Assembly (NCBI GenBank): GCA_964057225.1
Contig: OZ059897.1
Location: forward strand, 11,408,001-11,472,000
Direction: 5' to 3'
Source: Auanema rhodensis
Lineage: Eukaryota > Animalia > Nematoda
DNA: 64,000 nucleotides
Both the position numbers and the translations under genes were made by a program. Below, in pieces: positions 11,860 to 25,279 of the stretch; position 1 is the stretch's first letter, and each line of letters opens with the position of its first letter. The notes under the pieces were generated by a model. The model was not told the origin of the DNA. It worked only from the letters and a program-made list of their open reading frames with translations, and did not search any database.

Positions 11860-14800
11860 CTTTTCCTCCCGAGGCAGGCTCTCGAGCCTGCGCATGGATC
11901 AAAATGCATGATTTTTTTAAAATCATTCTTAGGTCTTCTGCTTTCATTCTAGCAGTACAATAGTACTGTTTTAGTGGTAAAGATGGTAACACTTCGCCAT
12001 AATTTATTGGATGATTAAAGAGGTATGGGAATTGTCCTTAACTCATATCAGGTACACCAAATGCCTTGGGTAACGCTGATAAGGGTAAAGGCACTAGTAA
12101 ATAACTATCTTTAAAACATAAATGATTAATGTTTTGTCCTCTTAAAGGCTTGACAACCATGCTAATAATCTTGGTCCCATTTATAATGGGGTCAGGATAT
12201 ATTCCACGGTTTATCAGCTTAGACACCAAGAAATGTATGTCAAAGCGTGAACCATTATGCGCTATCAAAATTGCATTATCATTCTCAACAGAGTTGAGTA
12301 ACCAATCAAGGAAACGATCTGTTACAGATCATTCACTATCACCTTGTTGGTACCCAAAATGGCCCTCCTTGGTTGTGCATTTTTCACAGGAATTGGCATC
12401 TATACAACTTTCACAAAATTTGTTATACACAACCATTTTGGGCCATTGTTCATCTGCATATTCATGAACATTTGTGCCGTTTTTTAACACAAATGTTTCA
12501 AAGTCATAAAATATGAGCTTAAACAAGGAAGCATTACATTTGTAAAGATAACAACTACAAACCTTGAACTTTTCTTGCTTCTTTTTTAGCTGAGCCTTCT
12601 TACATGTGTGGGTCAGCGCACCTGTTTTAACGATCTTATCGAATTAATCTTCGATATGTGTTCCATTGGAAACAACACAATTGTTTGTGAATCCTATCGA
12701 ATTAACCTTCGATATGTGTTTTATTGAGTTAGTATATTAGAATATACTAATATAAAATTTAAAACAATTTCTTTAAACTATTCTTTCATGTAATTTGAAA
12801 ATATTAGGCAACTTGGTACATGTGGTGTACAGCTATTTATCATATTTTAATGAACAAAACGTTTGCCATGTGGTTTTTGTGTGGGTCAGCGCACCTGTTT
12901 TAACGATCTTATCGAATTAACCTTCGATATGTGTTCCATTAACTTTTGTTTTTCACATCGTTCTTATCGAATTAACCTTTGATATGTGTTTCATTAACTT
13001 TTGTATTTCATATCGTTCTTATCGAATTAACCTTCGATATGTATTCCATTAACTTTTGTATTTCATATCGTTCTTATCGAATTAACCTTCGATATGAGTT
13101 CCATTGATTTACCCATAAGAGGTACGGTGAACATATTAATTAGCTTTTATATATATTCAAATTTTATAAATTAAAACAAAAACAATATATATTAAAATGT
13201 TTATTCAAATGTATAAATATTGAAAATACATTTAAAAGGAGATAATTTTAAAAATATATAAAAATACATTTAAAAAGAAATAATTAAATAATAATATTTA
13301 AAACATATATAAATAATAAAAATTCATTTAAAATACATTAAAAAATAATTTTAAAAAAGATTTTTAAAAAAAATCATGCATTTTGATCCATGCGCAGGCT
13401 CATCTTGAGTATTCAAGACGCTTTTAGTAAATGGGGAACAACTTGCCCATTAATAACACAAACGGCTACTGAAATCACAAAAGCGTTTGTAATTAGATTT
13501 GTTTTCATATATGGACCACCAATGAGTATGATAACCGATAATGGTAGTAGCTTTTTGTCATCTGAATTTCAAGCTATGTGTAAACAATTTGGAATTAAAC
13601 ACACTACTACGCTACCATATCATAAAAATGCTAATGGACAAGTTGAGAGACTTCATAGAACTTTGGAAGAAGCTCTCTCTTCATTCGTGAATGAACAACA
13701 AACTAACTGGGATATACACCTACCCAAAGTTATGTTTGTGATCAATACGTTACCAAACTCATCAACATCTATTAGTCCATATGTTGTATTATTTGGTCGG
13801 GATGCAAGACTTCCTATTGACCATCAATTGCCTGGAAATAATCTTCAAACTGAAGAACCAGCCAATCCTACAGAAGATTTTGTCAATAGATCGCTAATAC
13901 AAAATGAAAGCACATATAATATAGTAAAAGATAGAATTGAAACATGCAGCCACCCTGTCGGACTCGGACATCAGCGAGGACAACAAAGATCAGGAACAAG
14001 GATCACCAGAGCCACACCTTTTGTATGTCACACAACAACAAAGAAGAATGAACAACAGTACAATACACGAAATAGAACACAAAAAAAAGAAATTCAGGTT
14101 AATGACTTAGTTATGAAAAGTGAATTCTACTCGAAACAAACTAACATTATTTAGTTACAGCAGTTCAAAGATCTTTCGTCGTGGTTCAAATAGATAAAGG
14201 AAAAAGCAGAAGAGTACACAAGGACTTTGTCAAACCTTATCAACGGACAACATTTATTCCGGTTATCACGATTTCTTGCAGGTAGTTTTTTTTAACTAAA
14301 TCAAACTGTTGAAATTTTTTTTTATTTTGTGCCATTTCTGATTGTAACACTTCTTTGTTGTTGATTGATTTTCTCTGAGAAGTCTGCTATTGTTTTACAA
14401 GGTTTTGTTTTATTACTCCAATTTTCATTGAGTAGATTTTTTTCAATATTCTCTTGTGAATCTTGCTATTTGTTATGCTTAATCATTACTTGTATTCACC
14501 TTATGGACATTAGTCATACGGGTCAAACGAGTTTTTATTTTTTTGTACAGAACGGGCTCGACCTATTCTCAGGGTAACACCGTACCTGTACAACTCAAGA
14601 AAATGAACGACTATATCACAGTCGAATGGTTTAGAAGCAAAGCTCTCGTTTGCAAGCATTTCACTACTCAAGTGAATGGAATAGAATCTACTCGATACTA
14701 CATTTCAAATTCAACAAACTTGAAGAGACAATAGCTAAACTTTCAAATCGTATTGTATACATTTTTTTTATCCACTACACCATGATTTTTTTTCCAACAT

Positions 14801-16823
14801 CCAACTATCTTAAAAAGCGAATTAATTTATTTTGTTTTTGAACGAGGAAGTTCAACTTTTTAAGGTGGGGCGATGTCACATCGGCAAGCACATGGTAAAC
14901 ATGTGCGCGCTATTCAAATAGCGGGAGCCTGAACAAGCCCCGCCTACAACATGGGACACACATGACACTCTTGCTTCTGGCCTAACCCAGATAGGTTGTC
15001 TTATAGTCATGTGAGTCTCATCTCTTTATCATCTATATATATCATCTATATATATCATCTATTTAATACTTTATTATATCTCTTTATATTCTTTCTTAAT
15101 TTAATTCTTATATTGTACTTTCTTGTTATCTGATAATGAATCCTTTTCTCTTTAAGTATTTGTCTTAATAAGGAAATCGGGGCGTTCGGGTCTGCCTACC
15201 TAAGGAACAAGGTAGAAGTACATATATCTTCCGACCATGAGAAGACGGGAAGAAACAATATGTAACGCTTTTCCTCCCGAGGCAGGCTCTCGAGCCTGCG
15301 CATGGATCAAAATGCATGATTTTTTTAAAATCATTCTTAAAGTTTTTTTTTTAATGTATTTTTAAAATTAATTCTTTTAAATGTACTTTTAAAATTATTT
15401 CTTTTTAAATGTATTTTTAAAATTATTTCTTTTTAAATGTATTTTTAATATTTACATATGTTTTAAATATTATTATTTAATTATTTTTTTTAATGTATTT
15501 TTATATATTTTTAAAATATTATTAAAATTATTTCTTTTTAAATCTATTTTCAATATTTATACATTTGAATAAACTTTTTAATATATATTGTTTTAATTTA
15601 TAAAATTTGAATATAAATTATAAAAGCTAATCAATATGTTCACCGTACTTCTTACGGGTTAATCAATGGAACTCATATCGAAGGTTAATTCGATAAGATA
15701 TATTTTATACAATTATTTTTTAATTTTATTTGTTTACATTGTTTATAGTTTGTGTTTATTATAGTTTATAACTATTAATTTAACTTTTAAAAAGTTTGTT
15801 GTTTTTCTAGGCGAATCATTTTGTTCACCGTACCTCTTATGGGTAAATCAATGGAACACATATCGAAAGTTAATTCGATAAGAACGATATGAAATACAAT
15901 AGTTAATGGAACACATATCGAAGGTTGCACTGACCCACACAAGAACCACATGGCAAACGTTTTGTTCATTAATATATGATAAATAGCTGTACACCACATG
16001 TACCAATTTGTCTAATATTTTCAAATTACATGAAAGAATAGTTTAAAGAAATTGTTTTAAATTTTATTTTAGTATATTCTAATATACTAACTCAATAAAA
16101 CACATATCGAAGGTTAATTCGATAGGATTCACAAACAATTGTGTTGTTTCCAATGGAACACATATCGAAGATTAATTCGATAAGATCGTTAAAACAGGTG
16201 CACTGACCCACACATGTACCACATGACAAAAGTTTTGTTCATAAAAATATGCTGCTGTACAGCACAAGTACCCATAACGCTAAAAAGAATACTTACCATG
16301 CCAAGGGGTCATTGGTATATACTTTTTAGTATCAAAAATGTTAACGGAACACATATCGAATATTAATTCGATGAGATTGGTGAAACTGGTACGTTGACCT
16401 ACAATGAACCAAATGGCAAAGCACTTGTTCATTAAAGTATAACAAATAGCTGTATAGCATATGCATCAAAATTTCTAATATTCTCAAATTACGTGGAAAA
16501 AAGAGTATATAGAAATAGTTTTAGTGTGTATATTACTAATATTCTAATACACTAACTCAATGGAACACATATCGAAGATTAATTCAATAAGATTGTTGAA
16601 ACAGGTGCGCTGACCACAACAACACATGCGTATTTATTAACAACGGATTGGTAACTGTCACTGTTGACAGCTGTAATATGATACAATGTTGAGTGTTGGC
16701 AACATTGTTACGTGACAATAAAACAACTGACTGTTCTTGCAATGAAGTGTAATATAAATGTGTAAAATGAAATATGGATAACTATCTCTCAGAGTTTGCA
16801 TAATTTTATTCTAACAAGATACA

Positions 16824-19800
16824 ATGACTGCTAACAGGTTGTGTTTTTTCCTATCTTTTTTTTTAATTAAAATATTTATTTTCAAGTATAAGCGTGTATG
16901 TGAAGAGTTGGGGTTCGATTATGAGGAAATTTATCAACTCAGGTAATTTAACAATATTTTTAAAATATACATCTTTGTTTTTTTTTTAGTAAGCGCATAA
17001 AGCTTACCGAGAGTGGTGGTGTTGAGCTCTGTGACCCCGCAATAACCACTTCCAATAGTGGTCCCTCGTCATCAAGGGTTATTGAAGTTATCACCTTGAA
17101 TGACAGCGATAATGAGTAAGTTATCGTATAATGAAAAAGCATGAAATTTTTTTTTTCAGAGAATGGAATCCCGAGATGCCATCAACTAGTGGGGAACAAT
17201 TAGGAGGCGGTTCATCCTTCAACGATATTTGTCAAATAAAGGTACGAGCTTTTAACTTTTTTTTTGCATGTTACAATTCTTTTCACTCTATATCTTTTAT
17301 TTGATTACATATCTTGAACAATTTTGAATTCTGCCATCTATTTTTAAACAAATCATCATACATTCGGAGGCTTTCTGAAAAATAAAATTAAATCTTATCC
17401 CAAATCCATGCCATAATATCATTTATTAAATTTTCAATCATTAAAATACACTTAAATTTAAATATTTTGATGCTCAAAAACTGACACATTTAAATATTTT
17501 GTATTTTCTAAATTATTTCACTCTATCTATTTTATTTAATCCCATATTTTAAGCAATTTTATATTTCTACCACTATTTCATAATTTCATTTTTTAAAGTT
17601 TTAATCATTAAAAAACATTTAAATTTCAATATTGTGATGCTCAAAAACTGAAACTTGAAATTGATTTATATATTCTAAGCCACTTCACTTCATCTCTTTT
17701 ATCTAATCACATATCTTGAACAAATTTAAATTTCTATCACTTTTTCATAATTTCGTTTATTAAATTTTTAATCATTAAAAAACATTTAAATTTCAATATT
17801 GTGATGCTCAAAAACTGAAACATTTAAATATTTTGTATTTTCTAAACCATTTCACTTCATCTATTTTATTTATATATACATTTTAAACAATTTTATAATT
17901 CCACTATTATTTAATTTTTATTTATTAAATTTTTAAACATTAAAAAAAAACTTGATGCTCAAAAACTGAATCATTTAAATATTTTGTATTTTTCTAATCG
18001 TTTTGAAACAAACTAAACATATATTTGAAACCATTTCGATTAAATAAAAAATACGACTATAACAAACAAAGAGACATAATAATTATGAGCAAAAAAATTA
18101 ATTTATATATATTTTTAAAACTATTTTTATTTAAACTTTAGAAAAAAAAATAAAAAAACATGTAAACTGTTATAAATGTTGTTTATTATAGTGGTCACAC
18201 CGGCGAAGCCATTAATGAACCAATGCATGTTGTCATGCCGCGGCTATTTAATGAGTTTCTTGATCGGTGCCTTGCTAAAAGTGGTGTGCCAGATAAACGA
18301 AAAGCACTATTTTGTCTATCAATAGAGCACCCATCCTTTGAAAAGGGATCCATATTTATGGATTTCCGTAAAAAGGAGCATTTGGATGGCGTAGCCATTA
18401 TGAATGCCATAAGCAAGGTGCAGCAATCAAAACGAGAGGCTGTAATTAGCCAGGCAATGAATATTGAAATGTATGTGTTTGATGAAAGACCGGTGCAGCC
18501 AAGCCTGATGCCTGGTGAAGGTAGAGTTGGTTTCTATTTTGATGCCGAACTCAAAATACCTGGCACAATTGAAAACATTGACACTCATTGCTAGAGCAGC
18601 AGTTGTGGGAATGTGGAAAGCCGATGAAGAGGCAGCAGAAGATGTTATTGAGAAGCGGAGGATTGAAAATCTTCGTTGCAACTACATCTTGTTGCCAAAT
18701 CAACCACATCATATCAATTTATTAAATAGGTGTGGTATTTCTGTACATTTACCAAATTATAATTTGAATCCTTTAAATATTATTGCAAGTTGTAATACAG
18801 ACTATAAGTTTGTAGTATACGCTAGACCACCTGGACAGCGTATGTACGCTAATCAGCGTATCTTTAATGAAACGGCTAGCAAAGTGGTAACACTAGGCTA
18901 CCGAAATAATCATTATGACTTTATTACAACTTGTAGTAGATCACAGCTTTTTGATGGTATTATATGCCAACACTGTAAATTATCTTACAAAACAGTGTTG
19001 CATAGATGTAAAGCCAAGTGTAAGAAATGCCACACCTTAAAATGTAATTCGATGAAAAATGTGGTTGAAAGTAGCATAAGATGTGATAGTTGTAGAGTTT
19101 TGTTTAAAACTCGTCAATGCTTTGACAGGCATATTAGAAAAACATGTCGAATGTTTAAGGTAATTTAAAAAATATATATAAAATTTTACAAGACTAAATT
19201 CAGACATGTGAAAATTGTGATCATTATCACAGAGCACATGCTAATAGACCGCACAATTGCAATGAAAAATTTTGCAAAAAGTGTGGGCAAACAAAGCCTG
19301 AAGATCACTCTTGTTGTTGGGTACCACCTAACGACAAGAAGAAGGATCAGTTAAAAAAGAGGCAAGAAAAATACAAGGTTTGTATTTGACATCTTTACAA
19401 GTGTAATACTTACTTGTTTAAGATTATATTTTATTTAGATTCTCTTTATTCCAGGCAAGTTTTTTAAAATACAAGCATTTTCAAAACTAGTATATTACAG
19501 TTGAAAATGAATCATATTAAAGAGAACCAAGTGGGTATTCTGCCTGAGACTGGTTATTATGCCGGTCAAAAGCAGAGTATAAAAGCCATAAAGTATATAA
19601 AATGGCTAGAACAAGGATTGGGCCGCCCATTAATGCATAAGCTTAATGGTGGTGAATTTGCAGTGAGAGTAGATGGCCATCGCTATCTACTCGATGCTTA
19701 TGACAGCGTTGCCAATCATGGCTATAAGGTGAGTAATTTGTAATAAATGTAAAAAATGCAAATTTTCGTAGATTAATGGTTGTATTTACCATGGTTGCCC

Positions 19801-21354
19801 CCAGTGCACCAACAAGAGCGCTATAGCACCAGGCAGAAATGGTGAAACAATGGAAGAGGTAATTGTGACATTTTTTTTAATCATTTTAATTTGAAAAATT
19901 TAGGTTTATGATAAAACCATGAAAAGGCTTCAAAAAATTCAAAGCCAAGGCATTAGTGTTACCACAGTGTGGGAGCACGAAATTAAAGCTCAAATTTCGG
20001 CCAATGAAGAAATGGCGAAATTTCTGCGTGAAACAAATGTTGTTACACGCTTGGCACCTAGAGATGCCTTTACCGGTGGCCGCACCCAGACATATAAGCT
20101 TTTGGCACAAGCTTCGGATAGATACTCGCTCGAGTATGTGGACTTTCGTTCACTATATCCATATGTCACCGCTTTTGATGCCTATTACCCTGTAGGTAAT
20201 CCCAAAGTTATTACTGAGGGTTTCAAAAGCTTTGAGACATGTTGCCCATACAAGGGGCTAGTAAAATGTGACGTGCTTGCACCCACAAATTTGCTGTACC
20301 CTGTATTAGGCACACGTATTAGCGGTAAACTAATTTTTACAAACTGCCGCACTTGTGCAGTCAAAAGTAAAAATGTAACATGTGAGCACCAAAATGATGT
20401 AAATGATAGAAAGCTGCATCTAACTGTGACACATGTTGAGCTTGAGTGTGCCATACAACGTGGCTATAAAGTGCTTCATGTGCATGAGGTGTGGCACTGG
20501 GAAGAATGGCAACAAGGCGGCCTGTTGAAAGAGTTTGTACAAAAGTACATAAAATTTAACCAAGAGGCATCAAGCTGGCCAAAACCAAACATGACAGAGG
20601 AAGAAAAGGTATGTTTTAATAAAAGTATCACATTAAATAGAATTTTACAGGTAATATATCTCCAAGAGCACGAGGAGAACACTGGTGTTGCTCTGGAGAG
20701 CAATAAAATTTAAAAGAATGCTGCCATGCGTAGCATTGCCAAACTGCAGCTAAATAGGTTTGTAAACTTTTTAAAAACAATACATTACAAATTTGCTTAT
20801 AGTGTCTGGGGTAAAATGGGTCAAAGACCTGATAAAGCCCAAACCAAGATTATTGGTGTTGAGGACCCAGAAATTGGTAGGATCATTACTGATCCTGCAA
20901 GGGAACTCACTGGGTTCAAAATTGTGGATAATGTTGCGTACTGGACAACAGTACCAGAGGATTCACATTTGGCACCACCGCCTTTTACAAATGTAGCTAT
21001 TGCGGCCTATACAACCGCTCATGCAAGGCTACTATTGTATATGTGAAATATGTAACAAAAGCAAAGGGAGTGGTAAGTACGAGCTTTGACTTTTCAAATA
21101 ATTTTATAATTTTCAGACATTTTTCGTTGGACCACACGGCAGCGTCAGTGGTAAACTTTGAAAGTATGGAGCGACTGGTTTGCGGACTCGTTATGGATGG
21201 AGAAAAATTGGTTTTAAAAACCAATACAACCTTGTTAAAGAGGCAACTCGGTGCCATATCCACAATGGATATGAATAAAAGTACTAGAGTTGTAATGGAT
21301 AAACTTTGTTATCTACAAGATTATAGTACTTTACCCTACGATTATTGTGTTTAA
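16824..21354 (+). pseudogene. Multi-exon protein-primed DNA polymerase B (copy B) with internal deletions
   Basis: Motif A YVDFRSLYP; motif B KLQLNS|VWGKMGQR restored by intron 20758-20802; VSR-like Y(K/E)|xNGCIYHGC; TGGRT. Introns at 16943-16989, 17116-17159, 17242-18191, 19160-19203, 19378-19422, 19455-19500, 19729-19771, 19859-19903 and 20609-20650. Start codon uncertain. Confidence 0.88.
17280..18000. repeat. About 150-167-bp AT-rich minisatellite in the long pPolB intron (also 47430-48300)
   Basis: TGATGCTCAAAAACTGA recurs at about 17468, 17635, 17802 and 17953. Confidence 0.8.
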
Positions 21355-21495
21355 TATATTTGAATTTATAAATTTTTATCATCTTGTATATATTTGTATT
21401 TATAAAGTTTTATTATTGTACATATATTTATTTTTAAAAATAGTTGTATTAATAAATTTTATTCTTATATCTTTTAAAGAATTTTATTACATACA

Positions 21496-22825
21496 TTACA
21501 AACGGGTATCAATATATGGAGCACGATTGTTGTCAATTGAAAGAATAGAGTCATATTCTGCATAAACAATAGCATATAAGCCCTCTTGCGGCGTTTGTAG
21601 ACCAAATTCCAATTTCAAGGCTACATAACCTTGCCGTATAACATCAAATAACTCTGACGAATGCACAGTAGGAGAAATATCAAATACAAAAAATGTGAAA
21701 CCAGCTTTATACATTGCTGGTGTAATACCATTGGATGAATCTGTACGACCAAGTCCCAAACCTTCCAGCATGTCAATATATGCTGTGGCATAGGAAGATC
21801 GCCATTCTAGATTTTAAGGACGGGTAGGTATTACCCTATTGTTGAGCGTCAAGTATATATTTTTTAAATCAAACGGTTTAAAGTTGAATGGCGAATGTTT
21901 AAAAGTACCATTATAAGCGTGTGCGCCGACAAGACCTACTACAACACGTATTGGTGTGTGAGATATAAATAGTATATTATTAGGTGAATCCAAGCGGCCT
22001 CCTTCTATGAAATAAGATCGCATTTTCACTGATGTCATGGGGTAGTGTATTCGATCCTTTGCGAGTTTATCTTCTATAGCCATAGCTAATCCAGCGTTTA
22101 GATCAAACTCTTGAATGAGCAAATGTACATCGCTGATATCTACTTTCAAATTTGGAAACTCCTCCTTTAATGTAGTATCCTTGTTTTCATTATTCTAGCC
22201 TAGAGTGTCAATTAAAAAATTATCACGGTTTGGATATGCAGTTAGCTCCATTTTTGAATAGTTTACAAACAGTCGCTCTTGATTAAATAGGTCGATACTG
22301 ACGGGAGCAGCCATCTCACACAATTTTTTTTACAAGCGCTTGACGCGTTCTAAATCCAGCACTGGATGCATTATCTATATATCTATCAGCATAATAGCCT
22401 GATATGGCAAGTTTGCTCTCTTTAACATCGTTGCTATACATTAAAATATTCTCGATATATGTTTTATAGGCATGATTCACGGTAGAGTCATACACGCTAA
22501 CATCGCCAATTTTCAAATGATACGAATGTATTAAACTGGCAGCAAATTGTTGACATGGTGCAAAAACAAGGTTGTCTGGTACTGGATCACCGTTTGTGGT
22601 TACAATTTTAAATTTTACATTCAACCAACATCTTCTCAGATTGAGGAATAATTTGGAATTTTGAGCTATAATAAATTCCCATGGTCCTTGAGGAAGAAAA
22701 GTATTTTTCAAAGGGACTTGTACAGTACGAGTAGACTCTACACCTAATGCCGACGCTGGTATATCACCATAGTTGATATTAGGTAAAAGGGCTTGTGCTG
22801 ATTTTGAATCTATCAATTTAGCCAT
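21496..22825 (-). pseudogene. Major capsid protein, copy B (frameshift and stops)
   Basis: Three ORF pieces collinear with 4577-5908. Confidence 0.92.
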
Positions 22826-23218
22826 TTAAATGTGAAACGACCGCTCACGAGTGATGCACAACCGCTTATGAGGTTTTGTGGTTTTGCGTCGTCGCCGTTT
22901 GCCCAAGCCGGTAAGATCTCGTATAGCTTGCCGGCCGGCTGTTTTAAGAGTTTTCTTGATATTATCGCCTTTCAGCACCCCATCGACAATTCCATTACCA
23001 GTTTTCAGCAACTGTCCGCCAAGAGGTGAATTTACAACTATACTATTGCTTACAGCACTGGATAAGGCGTTTGTTCCGGCATTGATGAGATTTTGGGCTA
23101 TAGGTGATTGAATGATGCGTGGTAGAAATGATGCCAAAGTTGCCAAAATACCACCCAAACCATAACCCCTCTGCATTCCACGTTGAAACATCATTCCGCT
23201 AAATGGGGCGCCACCCAT
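22826..23218 (-). CDS. pVI-like core protein, copy B
   Basis: Homolog of 4184-4576. Confidence 0.72.
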   Translation of the reverse strand: MGGAPFSGMMFQRGMQRGYGLGGILATLASFLPRIIQSPIAQNLINAGTNALSSAVSNSIVVNSPLGGQLLKTGNGIVDGVLKGDNIKKTLKTAGRQAIRDLTGLGKRRRRKTTKPHKRLCITRERSFHI

Positions 23219-23325
23219 TTGTTGATTTAAAAGTGTTGTCCATTGAATAGAGTTGACAAAAGGAGGTGTGGCATATCGAACCGCACGCGCGCAATACAAA
23301 AGTTACACTAGATCATTCTACTAAA

Positions 23326-23781
23326 ATGTATTCGTCTGAAATAGTATCACTATTGCAATCTGTCCCCAGCACTCGGAAACTATTCCTCGGTGTATACAGC
23401 GCTGATACTCTACCCAAAACGCGTCGTAAAAACTTTGCACTTGTCGTAAATACTGACACACATGATAAGCCAGGCACACATTGGCAGGTCATCTTTGTCC
23501 GTAACAAGCAAGCCTATTTTTTCTGTAGCTTGGGATATAAAATGAACAAGTACATTCAAAATTATCTGGCCAAATATAAAAAGGTAAAAATTAATACTTG
23601 CAAACCACAACGTTTAATTGAATACACTTGTGGTGGCTATGTAGTATTTGTAATACTAATGTTGTCGGCTGGTAATTCATTTGAAAGCATTTGTTCATTT
23701 TTTAAACTATTGAAAAATGATGATGTCTTTATTAAAGCGTTTATGCATAAAGTATTCGACTATAAATTAGCTACTATATAA
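23326..23781 (+). CDS. Adenain-like protease, copy B
   Basis: NTD...PGTHW...TCGGY; 151 aa. Confidence 0.93.
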   Translation: MYSSEIVSLLQSVPSTRKLFLGVYSADTLPKTRRKNFALVVNTDTHDKPGTHWQVIFVRNKQAYFFCSLGYKMNKYIQNYLAKYKKVKINTCKPQRLIEYTCGGYVVFVILMLSAGNSFESICSFFKLLKNDDVFIKAFMHKVFDYKLATI

Positions 23782-23822
23782 GAAATTTGTCATTAACAAC
23801 CTGCTACATTACGTGGTCAGTT

Positions 23823-23993
23823 ATGAATATTCCTTGTCACTGTGAATTATGTGTCAAATACACGTTGGAGCAATCTAAACCAGCGCCTTTATACAGGAGA
23901 ATGTTGAAATGTATTTCAGTGCCATTTATTAAAGGTATAGCATTGGGATTGGGCTTTTGTACAACACTAGTAATTTTATTGATCATTATATAA
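23823..23993 (+). CDS. 56-aa CxCxxC / TM protein, copy B
   Basis: Conserved length and sequence in three copies. Confidence 0.65.
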   Translation: MNIPCHCELCVKYTLEQSKPAPLYRRMLKCISVPFIKGIALGLGFCTTLVILLIII

Positions 23994-24034
23994 AAGTGGG
24001 TTGATTGCGTGTGGTCGTTTTTCATTTTCCTCTA

Positions 24035-24331
24035 ATGGAACTTTTATGTAAGAAATATTGTGGTACATGCAAGGAAATATTTTCTTCAACCAAGAATTTT
24101 AGTGATCACGTTTTGAAAAGGCATGCAGGGATTCAACCCGTATGTAACAATTATATCAGGAATGCTGACTTTATTCAAAAATATGGACATTTGGATGGTG
24201 TTCGTAGACGTTTATGTCCTTATTGTAGTGAAACTTTTGGAACAAGATTCAATTGTGAGCGTCATATTCGGCGTATTCATAATAATAATGGAACGAATGG
24301 TGAAGATGGTGATGGAAATGATACCACTTGA
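24035..24331 (+). CDS. C2H2 zinc-finger protein, copy B (C-terminus differs or is frameshifted)
   Basis: CGTC...HVLKRH and CPYC...HIRRIH. Confidence 0.7.
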   Translation: MELLCKKYCGTCKEIFSSTKNFSDHVLKRHAGIQPVCNNYIRNADFIQKYGHLDGVRRRLCPYCSETFGTRFNCERHIRRIHNNNGTNGEDGDGNDTT

Positions 24332-24492
24332 AAAAGCTGAGGAGTTTGTACATTCAACCCAATCAAAAAGATGCCGCAGCAAAAGTAACGGAGAACATTC
24401 ACAACACGAGCCGAGCGACAAACAAAACTGCCCTAAACTTTTAAACCTTCGAAAATAAAAATGTGGTATTGTATAACTGTTGAATAAAACGT

Positions 24493-25212
24493 TTATTTCA
24501 TATTTTTAACATGTAATGTAACAACTGTAGAACCATAATTAAATTGCATAGGACGACCAAATTCATCTAAAATTTCAATACGTATGGTATCGAATGTTTG
24601 TCTGGTACATAACGAATAGGATTAAATGTTTTGGCAATCATTTTACCAAATTCAGTAGGAGGTGGTACAGGTAAACATGCAAGTAAATTAGCTTTCACAT
24701 TACCAAGAATGGAATATTCTACAATATCACAATATATATACATTGTATTAATGTTATTTGAAAAATCAATGGGACGCCTGGCTATTATTGTATCGTTGAT
24801 GTTTTTATTTTCAAAACAAAGAAAATATGCAAAATCATCACCAAGCGTTGCATTCATTAATAGTCGCTTGCTTGTTACAAACTCTATGCGCTGCAATGTT
24901 TTGTTAAACTGAAATGTGGCGTCTGCGAGCATTTCCTCCACTAGCTTAGCCTCAGCCTGGCGATTATTATACCATTTTTCTACATCTTTATCTTTATCTA
25001 TTAAACCCTTTATACGTGCTTCTTCCTCAGCTCCAAGAGGCTCTGTATTGTTGGCGATAAATGATTCTTTTCCAGCATTGATTCCGCGTAATATTTCATC
25101 ACCATTTGCATAGTTGCCTTTAGGCAAGTGTAGAATAAATTTTCTATTGGAAAAACGTAGTGTATAAGATAAATATTTTTGAACATTTAATATAGAACAA
25201 GGAAAAATGATG
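24493..25212 (-). pseudogene. Minor capsid protein, copy B; 5' end and nearly all of the ATPase deleted (ATPase tail at 25222-25266)
   Basis: Collinear with 879-2997; frameshift near 24600. Confidence 0.85.
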
Positions 25213-25279
25213 AAAAAAAAATGAGAACCCTATTGTTTATGTTGCCAGAAATGTGTTTAGTGTTTAAAGTGCTTGTTCA

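Larger units (their letters stand above)
8522..15337. repeat. Near-identical direct tandem duplication, unit 3408 bp (8522-11929 and 11930-15337)
   Basis: All ORFs recur at +3408; one substitution seen (ETVV vs ETFV). Confidence 0.95.
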
